A stretch of DNA of 64,000 bases from Candidatus Latescibacterota bacterium (GCA_965208835.1 OZ242358.1:4128001-4192000), one strand, 5' to 3'. Positions 45,840 through 55,824 are shown, counted from the first letter of the stretch. The notes: a model not told the origin generated them from the sequence alone. Translations and numbers: made by a program.

Positions 45840-46757
45840 TCACACGGGATTGCGCTCGCAGCCCAGCGCCTGCGCTATCGCCCGGATGTGCGAGGGGCCC
45901 GCGCCGCAGCACGCGCCGATGAAGTTGATGCCCTCGGCCCTGGCCTTCAACGCGTATTGGGCCATCTCGCTGCCCGAGACGATCATCGACTCGCGAATGA
46001 CTGAATTGTTGGGGCCTGCATTGCGATACCCCTGCGGCTGATATGCGATGGGGATGTCCACGGCTTCCCGCATCGCCAGGACCCCCGGCCACATGGTCAT
46101 TGAATCGCCGGAGCAGACGAGGCCGACGATATCCGCACCTTCGTCCGCCAGGACCTTCGCGCACTCCGCCGGCGTGGCGCCGTCGTGCGTCCGGCTGCTC
46201 GAGCCCATCAGTACCATCGCGGGCACGTCGGTTTTCTTACAGCGCGACAGGCACAGCCGGGCTTCGTCCAGCCGGGCGAACGTCTCCGGCACGAGCAGGC
46301 CGGCGCCCGCGTCCACCATCCAGGAAATGTGCTCGTCCCACTCCGCGCATGCCCGCTCGCGCGCCTGCGCATTGTCCGGCCGGTATATGTGCGGCCCCGT
46401 CCAGGACCCCGCGGCTGTCTGGTTCAGGCAGCCGGCGACCAGGGCTTCGCCGCCGGACGCCTCGATGGCCAGCCGGATTGCCGTGCGGGAAATCTCCTCC
46501 AGACGCGCGGCCTCCCCGCTCGGGCCGGCGCCCTGTTCGTAGCGGCGTTCGAGTTGCGACCGGCTGGTCCACCAGGTCTGCGCCTGCAGCACATGGGATC
46601 CGGCCCGAAAGAAATCCTGGTGGATCTGGCGCAGCGCGTCAGGATCTTCAAGGATCATGGCCGGGGTATCGTAACCCCGCCACCTCGCCTCGATGATCAT
46701 TCCGCCGTCGCTCAGAACGACGCCCTCCTCCAGCATCTTCAATATGTCCATGCCCAT
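45840..46757 (-). CDS. Homocysteine S-methyltransferase (BHMT-like), zinc ligands intact
   Basis: VLSDGG, IHQDFFRAG, PETF, GLVC, IGACCG; start 46757 or 46751. Confidence 0.88.
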   Translation of the reverse strand: MGMDILKMLEEGVVLSDGGMIIEARWRGYDTPAMILEDPDALRQIHQDFFRAGSHVLQAQTWWTSRSQLERRYEQGAGPSGEAARLEEISRTAIRLAIEASGGEALVAGCLNQTAAGSWTGPHIYRPDNAQARERACAEWDEHISWMVDAGAGLLVPETFARLDEARLCLSRCKKTDVPAMVLMGSSSRTHDGATPAECAKVLADEGADIVGLVCSGDSMTMWPGVLAMREAVDIPIAYQPQGYRNAGPNNSVIRESMIVSGSEMAQYALKARAEGINFIGACCGAGPSHIRAIAQALGCERNPV

Positions 46758-46836
46758 CCTGGCCCTCCTACAAAAATCATGTCCGAGTTCCAATATAGAG
46801 TTCGGCGACTGCTGGCCTCAACCCCCTCGTTTCTCG

Positions 46837-47772
46837 TTATCGCGGACGGAGTTCGATGTGTTTCCGCTCGCAGTCCAGCGCCTGCGCCATTGAGCGCAGG
46901 AGCCGGATCACCACCCCGTCCGATCCACCCACGAAGCGGATATCGTGGGCGACCGCCTTCAACGCATACTGCCCCATTTCAATCCCGTAGACGTGCATGG
47001 CTTCCCGCATGGTCTTCCAGTGGCCCCGGCACGTGCGGTACCCATTCGGCAGAAAGGCGATCGGCGCGTCCACCGCGTCACGCATTTCCAGCACCACGGG
47101 CCACAGGTCCTCCGGTTCCCGCATGCCGCCCGCACCCACGACGTCCGCGCCGTCGCCTGCCAGAACGCGCGCGCACTCGGCAGGCGCGGCGCCGTCGGCG
47201 GTCATTTCATCCTCGCCAAGCGCCGGTTTGTTCAATCTTCCCTCGGGCAATGCGATGTCCACCGTCACCACAACCGGCAACCCGCTGCCCTTGCAGCACG
47301 CCAGCGCCAGTTGCGCCTCGTCGAGCCGGCCGAATGACTCGCAGACGAGCAGATCCACGCCCGCGTCCGCCAATATGCCGGCCTGTTCCTCCCACTCCGT
47401 CCGGGCGCGGTCCGCGGAACCCGCGTCATCAGCCTGAAAGGCCCCCGTTGGCGCCAGTGTTCCAGCCACGAGCGCCTCCCCTCCTGCCGCACCCTTCGCC
47501 AGCGCAACGGCCGTCCGGTTCATTTCGTCGATCCGGTCGGCCGCATTTCCGTTCTCCCCTGCGCCGAGCCCGGTTCGGGTGCACCGACCCGTCAGGGCTC
47601 TGATAACGCCGGCCCCGGCCCTGAAAAAATCCTGGTGAACCAGGCGCGCGGCATCCGGGAAGTGCTCGAGCGCCGACCGCGCCGAATATCCCCGGAGGCG
47701 CAACTCCTCCACGTTTCCCCCGTCGGCCAGCACGAATCCTTTCTCAAGCTCCTTAAGAATGGACTCCGGCAT
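46837..47772 (-). CDS. Homocysteine S-methyltransferase-fold protein lacking the zinc-binding cysteines
   Basis: VLADGG, VHQDFFRAG, CESF; GAGG replaces GxxC and GGSDG replaces GGCCG. Confidence 0.8.
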   Translation of the reverse strand: MPESILKELEKGFVLADGGNVEELRLRGYSARSALEHFPDAARLVHQDFFRAGAGVIRALTGRCTRTGLGAGENGNAADRIDEMNRTAVALAKGAAGGEALVAGTLAPTGAFQADDAGSADRARTEWEEQAGILADAGVDLLVCESFGRLDEAQLALACCKGSGLPVVVTVDIALPEGRLNKPALGEDEMTADGAAPAECARVLAGDGADVVGAGGMREPEDLWPVVLEMRDAVDAPIAFLPNGYRTCRGHWKTMREAMHVYGIEMGQYALKAVAHDIRFVGGSDGVVIRLLRSMAQALDCERKHIELRPR

Positions 47773-47842
47773 AAAATGACTCCTTTCCTGATATAATCTC
47801 GCGGCAATCTGCACAGATGGTTAATTTGCAGTCTCTAAATTC

Positions 47843-48040
47843 GGTGAGAGGGGAGACGGTAGACGGGAGAAGAAATGCGGGTAGAGGTAAGACGGTAGAG
47901 GGTAGAGATTTCCTGCCTTGTGAAGCTTCTCTTCCTGCCGAAGGCAAGGAGGGATAAATTAGCCGGCGAGGATATCTTCTACCGTCTTACGTCTCCCGTC
48001 TACCCGGTTTTCTCCCCCTCTCCCGGCTTACGTCTTACCG
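47843..48040. repeat. Element D, copy 2
   Basis: GACGGTA/GACGGGA/GAGGGTA arrays on the left, TCTACCG/TCTTACG/TCTCCCG on the right; core with TGCCGAAGGCA hairpin similar to copy 1. Confidence 0.6.
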
Positions 48041-48041
48041 C

Positions 48042-50045
48042 TTAGTGCCAGCTGTGTACCCTGTGACCCGAATGCGGGAACCAGATGGCGTCCACGACCG
48101 TGCCTGCGATCACCGCAATGATATATGCCGTCAGAATCCCGATGAAAAAGGGCAGCGAACGCCGGTAAAACGCCGTGCCGCCGATCCTGAGCATGAGGAA
48201 CTTGATCAGCCACGCGACCAGAAGCGTAAGGCTTTCCAGCCTGGCGAATATCGTACCCGAAAGTGCGAACCCTACCGGGTGCAGGCGCCACCTGGGCAGC
48301 CGGTACCGCATGACGTTCAGGGCAGTCATGATAACGACTCCCGCGAGAAACAGCCAGTATTCCACCGCCAGGATCGGCCGGGGGTTGCGCAACGCGTCCA
48401 CCGCCAGGCCGTAGTTCCATTCACCCTCGTGAAGAATCAGCCAGTTCGGCTGAAAATTGTACCCGCCCATGGTGTAGGCCAGCCAGACCGTATGGAGCGT
48501 CGAAACCACCGTACCGACCATGAACGCCCCGAAGATTCCCCAGAAAAAGCGCCGCTTGCCTTCGGGTATGAAGTCTCCCAGACGGTTCACCTGCGCGATC
48601 ATAGGCAACGCGAAACTCCTGGGGTGGTTGACCGTGAACGGCAGCAGGCTGGAGGCGGCGTTCGTCGACGGGTTCAGCCTGTGCGCACCGCCCAGCGCAA
48701 ACAGCGCATAGTCCCAGGCCACCGCAGGAGGATCGACGTACACCAGCCCCGAGTCGGCGACCACCTTCGCCACGCCCACGTACGCGATGAACATGGCCGG
48801 CGTCAGAACCAGGATCATTCCCGGTTCGATGCCTATCCGCGATAGCCAGGCCACAATGTAGACGATGCAGACGACCAGCCCGAGAACGGCCGTACGATAG
48901 GATATCCACTCCCTGCTGTCATCCAGGGCGGAACCACCGGGGCGGAATGCCTTCCGGAAGACCTCGCGCAGGTGCCCGCGGGAGATCCAGAGCCACCAGA
49001 CAACCAGCGCCGCGAAGGCGCCCGCCGTCTGGAACTTGTAGCTCGTGAGGTTGTACGGGCCGGAACCGTAGTGCGGGGACGTCGCCACCACGCCGAGTCG
49101 ATTCAGAAGGCCGGCTTCAATCATATAGAGGACGTCGAAGAACCAGATGCTGAAGAGTACTTCCAGGTTGGCGAAATAGGAAAAACAGATGACGAAGACG
49201 CTCAGATAGATGCAGAACGGGGGATACTGTTTGGGCAGGAGATCCCAGATATAGCTCATGCGGGTGTTCATCACCTTCGGAAAGGTGGGATAGAACCAGT
49301 GCACCATATTCAGCCAGAAGACCGCCGACGTGAGTCCGAATCCCGCCCAGAACGCCTTTCCCTTCATGAATTCCGGAAGGACGCGCGCCCCGGTCCCGCT
49401 CCGGTTCGCCATCTCCAGGACGGGCGTCAGCGCGGGATAGACCAGTTTTTCGTGGTCCGCCCACTGGCGATGCAGAATCACCGACACGCAGACACAGGCG
49501 AACCCCAGAACGGCGATAAAGACGAACCACCAGAGCAGCGGCCCCCACCAGTCGTGCCAGGGAATGGACATCCCGTTCGGGAGCCCTTCGAAGAACATGG
49601 TGATGGACCGTTGTTCGTCCGTCGAGATCAGCCAGCCGGGAAGGTGCGGGTGCAGAAACTCCGACCACCGGTTCTCGGGCGTGGCGAAGTAGTACGGAGC
49701 CACCATCTGGCTCACCAGATACCCGCTGATCCCATAGGTGGGGCCCATCGCGCTGATCAGGCCCATACCGAAAATCGTGATCCATTCCGCGGGCGCCAGC
49801 ACGAAACGGCCGCCGAACCACCGGGCAAGCGCCGCGAAGATCAGGATGGAAACCAGAAAGAGGAGAAGGTCGCCCATCGGGATCAGGCTGATGGCCATGT
49901 ACGACCCGTGCTGGACGTAACGCATCGTATTGGCGAGAAGATTGACGGCTACGGACAGCCCGAGCCCGAATATGACAGCGCGGGTCGTTACGCCCTGGCG
50001 CACGGGATGCTGTTTCCGCGTTTCCGCCGTGCTGGCGATGGCCAT
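48042..50045 (-). CDS. DUF6785/DUF6784 polytopic membrane protein, copy 2
   Basis: Full-length paralogue of 41119-43098 (YFATPENRW, RQWADHEKLVYP, YNFQPNWL). Confidence 0.75.
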   Translation of the reverse strand: MAIASTAETRKQHPVRQGVTTRAVIFGLGLSVAVNLLANTMRYVQHGSYMAISLIPMGDLLLFLVSILIFAALARWFGGRFVLAPAEWITIFGMGLISAMGPTYGISGYLVSQMVAPYYFATPENRWSEFLHPHLPGWLISTDEQRSITMFFEGLPNGMSIPWHDWWGPLLWWFVFIAVLGFACVCVSVILHRQWADHEKLVYPALTPVLEMANRSGTGARVLPEFMKGKAFWAGFGLTSAVFWLNMVHWFYPTFPKVMNTRMSYIWDLLPKQYPPFCIYLSVFVICFSYFANLEVLFSIWFFDVLYMIEAGLLNRLGVVATSPHYGSGPYNLTSYKFQTAGAFAALVVWWLWISRGHLREVFRKAFRPGGSALDDSREWISYRTAVLGLVVCIVYIVAWLSRIGIEPGMILVLTPAMFIAYVGVAKVVADSGLVYVDPPAVAWDYALFALGGAHRLNPSTNAASSLLPFTVNHPRSFALPMIAQVNRLGDFIPEGKRRFFWGIFGAFMVGTVVSTLHTVWLAYTMGGYNFQPNWLILHEGEWNYGLAVDALRNPRPILAVEYWLFLAGVVIMTALNVMRYRLPRWRLHPVGFALSGTIFARLESLTLLVAWLIKFLMLRIGGTAFYRRSLPFFIGILTAYIIAVIAGTVVDAIWFPHSGHRVHSWH

Positions 50046-50049
50046 GGGT

Positions 50050-51246
50050 CTACTCTCCGCGCAACCCCACGCCGCCCGGGTCCGCCGGAAGCTCGCCTTC
50101 CGCCCGGTCCCGGTTCGGGCGAAAGTCGGGAACCCGCATCAGCCGGCTTCCCTCCTCGATCGAGTCTATGGCCCGTACTGCCGCGGCAACCGTATCCATG
50201 GCCCGGTACACGTCGAATTCCAGCGGCTTCCCCTCGAGAACCGCGTCGCGAAAGTGCATGTGCACATAGGAATCCGCGTCGCCGTGGCCGCTGCCGCGCG
50301 CCTCAGGCGGCGCGTCGGTACGTTCGAATCCCCAATCCACCTCCGTCCAGTCGTTCATCTGCGCGTCCGCGAACCAGACTTTCGGCATCTCACGGCGTGA
50401 CCGCCGCCACTCCAGGCTGCCCTTTGTGCCAATCATCTGCCACCAGTGGTGGTCTCCGTGCGGGCGCGGCTGCGTGTGGCCGTCCAGCATGCGAATCAAT
50501 GTATCCTTTTCGGTCTTCATCAGCGCCACCTGTACATCCGGCTTTTGAATTTGAGGATGCGCATAGCTTGGTCTCTTCGTGCTCATCGCCGTCACTTCCG
50601 TCACCCGGTCGTCGAGGATCTTCAGCAGGATGCTCAGATCGTAGGAGGAAGCGATAATCGGCGGGGTATCGTGGGGAAACGTGGGTCTGGCCTCGGGATG
50701 GTCCGGCAACTCCTCTATCGCATATTGTTCCCCTGTACTGTAGTCCTGAAAGAACTGGTGCGTACCGTAATACCCCACGTACTGACCCTCGGCATAGGTG
50801 ATCCTGCCCAGGCGCCCATCGTCCACAAGGCGTTTCCACCCGTCCACGAACCCCCAGAACCGCGTCTGCTCCGCCAGGCTGTAGACCAGCCCGGTCCGTT
50901 CCACGTTCGTAACGATGCGCCAGCACTCCTCCATCCTGTACGCCCCCGGCACCTCGCTGTTCACGTGCATGCCCGCTTCCAGCGCTTCCGCCGCCATCCG
51001 CCCGACCTCACGCTGCCTCACCACGAGGCCCACCGCGTCCATTCCGCCGTATGAAAGGAAATCCCCGTAGTCGGCGAATGCCGCCACGTCGTCGCGATAC
51101 GAAATTTCGGCGAGGGCCCGTTCCTGAAGCGGTTCGATCCAGTCGTAGACGGCCGTAATGCGGAAGCCCGGGATACTCTGCAGCAGCCGGATCCAGTGAA
51201 GGCCGCGGTTGCCGAGTCCCGCGATCCCAATGCGAATTTCGTCCAT
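50050..51246 (-). CDS. Gfo/Idh/MocA oxidoreductase, GH109-like, copy 2
   Basis: Close paralogue of 44445-45665; HVNSEVP, SGHGDAD. Confidence 0.85.
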   Translation of the reverse strand: MDEIRIGIAGLGNRGLHWIRLLQSIPGFRITAVYDWIEPLQERALAEISYRDDVAAFADYGDFLSYGGMDAVGLVVRQREVGRMAAEALEAGMHVNSEVPGAYRMEECWRIVTNVERTGLVYSLAEQTRFWGFVDGWKRLVDDGRLGRITYAEGQYVGYYGTHQFFQDYSTGEQYAIEELPDHPEARPTFPHDTPPIIASSYDLSILLKILDDRVTEVTAMSTKRPSYAHPQIQKPDVQVALMKTEKDTLIRMLDGHTQPRPHGDHHWWQMIGTKGSLEWRRSRREMPKVWFADAQMNDWTEVDWGFERTDAPPEARGSGHGDADSYVHMHFRDAVLEGKPLEFDVYRAMDTVAAAVRAIDSIEEGSRLMRVPDFRPNRDRAEGELPADPGGVGLRGE

Positions 51247-51276
51247 GCACGCCCCTCCGGTATTGATGTGCAGACT

Positions 51277-51987
51277 TCAGTCGAGTTGAAAACGAATGTA
51301 GATGAACATCCGCACTTCAACGGCCTCCTGGTTCTGGTACCCGGGGAGATACCGGAAACCCGAGAGGGCGTCCAGCGATGCACGGTGAAACAACTCGTGC
51401 CCCTTGAGGACAACGCTGTCTTTGACCCGGCCGTCCCTTCCAACGGTAAATTCCATCAGGACGACGCCCTCCAGGCCGGCCTGCCGCGCTTCGTCCGGGT
51501 ACGCAGGTTCCACCTGTTCGAGGAGCCGCGGCTTCCGTTCCACAAGGCGGGCGGGGAGGACGACTTCGCCATCCACCTCCTCGTCCGTGCCGGGTGCCGA
51601 AAAGAGCGTATCCGACGGCACTGAGAGACGTATGGACACCGCGTCGAATTCGAGTTCGGCGGTCGCGTCAACGGATATCTCCTCGGGCAGCAGGTCGCGG
51701 CTATCCGTTTCGAGGGGCACGGTCGGCCGTACCGGAATCGGCAGCTTTATGCCCTGTCTGGTCTCCGGCACCTCTGTTAACTGGATGAGAATCGGATGTC
51801 TTGCGGAAGTTTGGGTGCGGAGCCTGAAGGACGGGAAAGTGAACGCAACGGCCGCGTGCAGGGCGAGCGAGATCCCGATGCACAGGGGGAAGACCTTCCG
51901 GTACTGCGCCTTCAAGTCCGCTTCGGGACGCCTGGTCCGGATTATTTTTCCGGTAATCCAGGGTCTGGGAGGCAGCCGTTGTGGCAT
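51277..51987 (-). CDS. tonB: TonB family energy transducer
   Basis: TM segment with SLALH; C-terminal YPDEARQAGLEGVV.MEFTV..DGRV; start uncertain. Confidence 0.85.
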   Translation of the reverse strand: MPQRLPPRPWITGKIIRTRRPEADLKAQYRKVFPLCIGISLALHAAVAFTFPSFRLRTQTSARHPILIQLTEVPETRQGIKLPIPVRPTVPLETDSRDLLPEEISVDATAELEFDAVSIRLSVPSDTLFSAPGTDEEVDGEVVLPARLVERKPRLLEQVEPAYPDEARQAGLEGVVLMEFTVGRDGRVKDSVVLKGHELFHRASLDALSGFRYLPGYQNQEAVEVRMFIYIRFQLD

Positions 51988-52093
51988 CGTACACTCCACG
52001 CTGCCTGCAAGGCCGGCGTGCATGGGATCAACACGCGTTCATGGCGCGCGGCGACCATCCGTCAACGATAGGAGACCATTCCGAAAAACCGGC

Positions 52094-52969
52094 TCAAACG
52101 GCATCGGGCGCGCGTCCCAATGCCCGCGCCATCGCCCTGATCGTGTTCGGGCCCGCCCCGCAGCATGCGCCGATGAGATTGATCCCCTCCGCCTTCGCCT
52201 TTACCGCGAAGCCGGCCATCACGTCCAGGGATACACGCGTATCCTTTCCGCCCGGTCCGAATCCGTTAGGCTGCCAGGCAACGGGCACATCCACCGCATG
52301 ACGCATCTCGGTGACGAGATTCAACATCCCCTCTGGCGTCCCGTTGCATACCAGACCCACCACATCGGCCCCCTCTCCCGCGAGAACGCGGGCGCACTCG
52401 CCAGCCGTGGCGCCGTCCTCCGTCGTCCGGCTTATCCCCATGAATACCATGGTCGGAACGCTCGTTTTCTTGCAGCACTCGAGGCAGACAAGCACCTCGT
52501 CGAGGCGATGAAACGTCTCCGGAATGAGGAAATCCGCACCGGCGTCCACCAGAACGGCGATCTGTTCGTTCCATTCCGCCTTCGCCCGGTCCCTGGAAGA
52601 GGGGTCTTCCGGATCGAATATCGGATCGCCCTCCCACGACCCGGTCCGCGTGGAGACCAGGCATCCGCCCACCGGCGCCGTCCCGGAAGACGCTTCTTTC
52701 GCAAGCTGCACGCCAATCCGGTTCACTTCGTCCAGCCGGCCGCCCCATCCGAAATGACGATCCAGCTGGGATCGCGACGTAAACCAGGTCACCGCTTCGA
52801 GTACCTGTGAACCGGCGTTCAGGAAATCCCGATGGATCTGCCGGATGGCGTCTGGATGTTCCAAAATCGCCGCCGGCGTGTCGTATCCGCGCCACCTGGC
52901 TTCCAGAATCATGCCGCCGTCGCACAAGACGACGTCCTCGCCGAACATTTTCATCACGTCTTCCGCCAT
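52094..52969 (-). CDS. Homocysteine S-methyltransferase (BHMT-like), zinc ligands intact
   Basis: VLCDGG, IHRDFLNAG, PETF, GLVC, IGACCG. Confidence 0.88.
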   Translation of the reverse strand: MAEDVMKMFGEDVVLCDGGMILEARWRGYDTPAAILEHPDAIRQIHRDFLNAGSQVLEAVTWFTSRSQLDRHFGWGGRLDEVNRIGVQLAKEASSGTAPVGGCLVSTRTGSWEGDPIFDPEDPSSRDRAKAEWNEQIAVLVDAGADFLIPETFHRLDEVLVCLECCKKTSVPTMVFMGISRTTEDGATAGECARVLAGEGADVVGLVCNGTPEGMLNLVTEMRHAVDVPVAWQPNGFGPGGKDTRVSLDVMAGFAVKAKAEGINLIGACCGAGPNTIRAMARALGRAPDAV

Positions 52970-53025
52970 CTCGCCGTCTTCCTACGTTGTGTCCTGTCAT
53001 TCGGTTACTTCGGACGTTTTTTTAT

Positions 53026-55800
53026 TTACTGCGTTGCTTCCCTGACCCAGAAGCGGCCTTCCTTGGTTGCCCGCTGCCCGCTGTTCATGTCCTTTACGGT
53101 CATCCTGACCCTGCGGCGCCCGGCGGCGGTCTCTCCGATGTCCAGCGCCACGTAGTCTGAGACCGACGCCTCGGTTCCGGTCTGTTCGTAGCGTACGGTC
53201 ACCGCCGATTCCGACCGCCCCAGAACTCTTGTCGAGAGTCGCGAGAGGCTGGTGCCGCTCTCGTCGGTGCTGTAGACCTCATAAACCACCTCGTAGCGCG
53301 TCGCCCCGAATTCGTCCGGCGTGAGATTGTAGATTTCGAAGAAGACGAACACGTGCTGCCCCGCGTCGAAAACATGCGAGGGCAGCGGCGTGACGTTCCA
53401 TTTGCCGCGGACGAACTTCGGGTCGGACCCGGGCATCACGGCCGTCACCTGCCGCGCCACGAACAGATCGCTCAGCTTCAGATCCTCTCCGGAGTAATCT
53501 TCCACGGAGAGCTTCTGCGAATACGCCTGCAGCCGTTTCGTGTTGTGCCGCTGCACCTGCAGTGCCAGTTCGTAGTCCCCCGGCAGCACATCCAGGAGAT
53601 CCACCCGATCCAGAAGCGCCCTGTCGCGCCGCCGCCCCGAAACCGGCACCTCCAGGTCCTGCTGCAGCGCCAGCACCTTCGTGTACCGGACGTCCATCAG
53701 CGCGACGCGCCGATTCACCATCACGTCGTCTTCCGAATCCCCGGGCAGTGCGACGTGCTCAATGGGGATGCCCACGTTGACCTGGATCTCCGTTCCGCCG
53801 TTTTTTCCCCGGAAAGTGACCACGTCGTAGCTGAAATCGAGCGCCTCGAAACCCGACACGCTGTAGTACTCCGGCTCTTCCCGCGACACGGACGCAACAC
53901 GGGTTGAAGGCGCCAGTTCCGTCAGCCGCTGCATGAGCCGCACATAGGCCATCTGTCCCACGTGGGGGTCTTCATCCAGGTTCTTGAGATCCTGGCTGCT
54001 TACGCCGGGGACCGGCGCATAGTCGTATACGCCGGAGTTCTGTTCATCCGTGAAGGCGACTTCCAGCCCCTTTCCCACGCCCGCATAGACCCAGACCTCC
54101 CAGGGCACCGACGCCCAGTTGTGCCCCGTCGTTACCGGCTTCCATCCGCTCAGCCCGATCGCGAATTCGGGGTCCAGGTCGATTCCGGCCTCTATGGGAG
54201 AGTCTTCGAGATCGATCAGTTGCTGCGGTGACGCGGCGGGATTGCCCTCGGCGCCCGGTTCGGCCTGATCGGGCGCAAACACGGCCAGATCGAGCTCCTC
54301 GATTACAGCAGCCTGCAGGTCGCGCCGAATGTCCTCGCTGGGCTCCAGAAAGGAACCCAGATCGGTTCGGATGGGAAAGACAGGCCCCACGAAGCTGATG
54401 CCCAGCCCCTGCGCGCCGTACAGCTGGTAGGCGATATTGTCCTGTACGCGTTCGACCGCCGGAGGCACCTTCGGATTCGGCTGGATCGAGGAGGAGCGGT
54501 AGTCCGGCGCGCCGTAGCGGATATAAACCTCGCCGCGTCGGTCCCAGGGCCACTTCAACGTTCCATACTTCGTTCGGGCGTACCAGACCCGCCGGTGGTG
54601 CTCGGCGCGACGCATGGCGCCACGGGAGGCTTTGAACGGGTCGTGACGGAGCCAGAACCGCTGCAGGAACGCCGCACGCTTCTCCGGAGGGGTGGCGCGC
54701 CAGGCTTCGATCTCATGAGGCAGCCCGACCAGCGACACGTCCCGGTAAAGCGCCTGCTCTTCGGGGTCCAGGCTTTCGATATAGATCTTGAACGCACGAA
54801 GCGCTCCCTCGAAGTCGCCCCGCGCCATCAGCGCCTGCGCCAGCAGCGGCAGCGCGAGGTCGTTGGTCATCAGTGTGGTAAGGGTCTCGACTTCCTCGAA
54901 TTTCTCTTCTTCCAGCAACTCATTGGCAAATGCCAGCGCCGCCGCCTGGTCCGCCGGCTTCAGTTCCAGGTATTTTTCGAAGTAGACCATCGCGCCATGA
55001 AGGTTGCCCTCCTCGCGGTGCAATTCAGCCAGCAGCAGGTGGGCGGGCGCGATCCGTGAGTCGAACTCGAGCGCCCGGTCCGCAGCCTGCCTTACACCGG
55101 GGCGCCCGGTTTCCTGGTAGGCCCTGGCAAGCAGATAGTGCGATTCGGCATGGGTCGAATCGGCGCCAATTGCGGCTTCCAGATGCGTCAGCGCCCGTGC
55201 CGGGTCTGCCTCATGTTCGAGCGCCAGCCTCCCCAGTCCGGAATGCGCATCAGTCAGATTCGGATTGAATTCAATTGCGCGAACGAATGCAGAGCGCGCA
55301 CTGTCCACGGCGCCGACCGTCAGACGCCGGCGCCCGACCTGGGCAAGAGCCCGCGCCAGGTACGTGTGCGTCCAGGTATACGTGGAATCGGCCCTCAACG
55401 CCGCTTCCAGATGCGGCAGCGCGCCCGCCGCGTCCCCTTCGAGTTCGAGAGCCACCCTTCCCAGCCCGCAGTGCGCCGTGGCCAGCGCGGGATCGAATCC
55501 CACAGCGCGCTCAAATGCCGACCGCGCGTCGCGAGCCCTTCCCACCCGCAGATACAGCATGCCCACCCGGTTCAGGACGAGTCCGGCATGGTCGGGATGA
55601 TCGTCGACCGATCGCGCCAACATTTTTGCCGCCGCAACGACCGTCGGAACGTCGCCGGCTTTCAAGCCGCGTGCGTAAACGGCATCCAGCTCCGACAACG
55701 TCATTCCGGCAGCCGGCGCGTGATCCGGCCAGAAACCGGCGGCGGCGATCAGCACGCCAACCGGCAGTGCGCGCATACGCGACCACCGAGGACGTTCCAT
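53026..55800 (-). CDS. TPR-repeat GWxTD-domain protein
   Basis: Signal peptide; multiple TPRs; FW...DP...EHHRRVWYA...WDRRGEVYIRYGAPD. Confidence 0.82.
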   Translation of the reverse strand: MERPRWSRMRALPVGVLIAAAGFWPDHAPAAGMTLSELDAVYARGLKAGDVPTVVAAAKMLARSVDDHPDHAGLVLNRVGMLYLRVGRARDARSAFERAVGFDPALATAHCGLGRVALELEGDAAGALPHLEAALRADSTYTWTHTYLARALAQVGRRRLTVGAVDSARSAFVRAIEFNPNLTDAHSGLGRLALEHEADPARALTHLEAAIGADSTHAESHYLLARAYQETGRPGVRQAADRALEFDSRIAPAHLLLAELHREEGNLHGAMVYFEKYLELKPADQAAALAFANELLEEEKFEEVETLTTLMTNDLALPLLAQALMARGDFEGALRAFKIYIESLDPEEQALYRDVSLVGLPHEIEAWRATPPEKRAAFLQRFWLRHDPFKASRGAMRRAEHHRRVWYARTKYGTLKWPWDRRGEVYIRYGAPDYRSSSIQPNPKVPPAVERVQDNIAYQLYGAQGLGISFVGPVFPIRTDLGSFLEPSEDIRRDLQAAVIEELDLAVFAPDQAEPGAEGNPAASPQQLIDLEDSPIEAGIDLDPEFAIGLSGWKPVTTGHNWASVPWEVWVYAGVGKGLEVAFTDEQNSGVYDYAPVPGVSSQDLKNLDEDPHVGQMAYVRLMQRLTELAPSTRVASVSREEPEYYSVSGFEALDFSYDVVTFRGKNGGTEIQVNVGIPIEHVALPGDSEDDVMVNRRVALMDVRYTKVLALQQDLEVPVSGRRRDRALLDRVDLLDVLPGDYELALQVQRHNTKRLQAYSQKLSVEDYSGEDLKLSDLFVARQVTAVMPGSDPKFVRGKWNVTPLPSHVFDAGQHVFVFFEIYNLTPDEFGATRYEVVYEVYSTDESGTSLSRLSTRVLGRSESAVTVRYEQTGTEASVSDYVALDIGETAAGRRRVRMTVKDMNSGQRATKEGRFWVREATQ

Positions 55801-55824
55801 CTGCCGACATCTCCCGCATAAACA

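Noticed and set aside
45840-52969. HMT genes as a split cobalamin-dependent MetH
   Set aside because: No pterin-binding, B12-binding or reactivation modules nearby, and the motifs look more BHMT-like; cannot be fully excluded without the whole genome.
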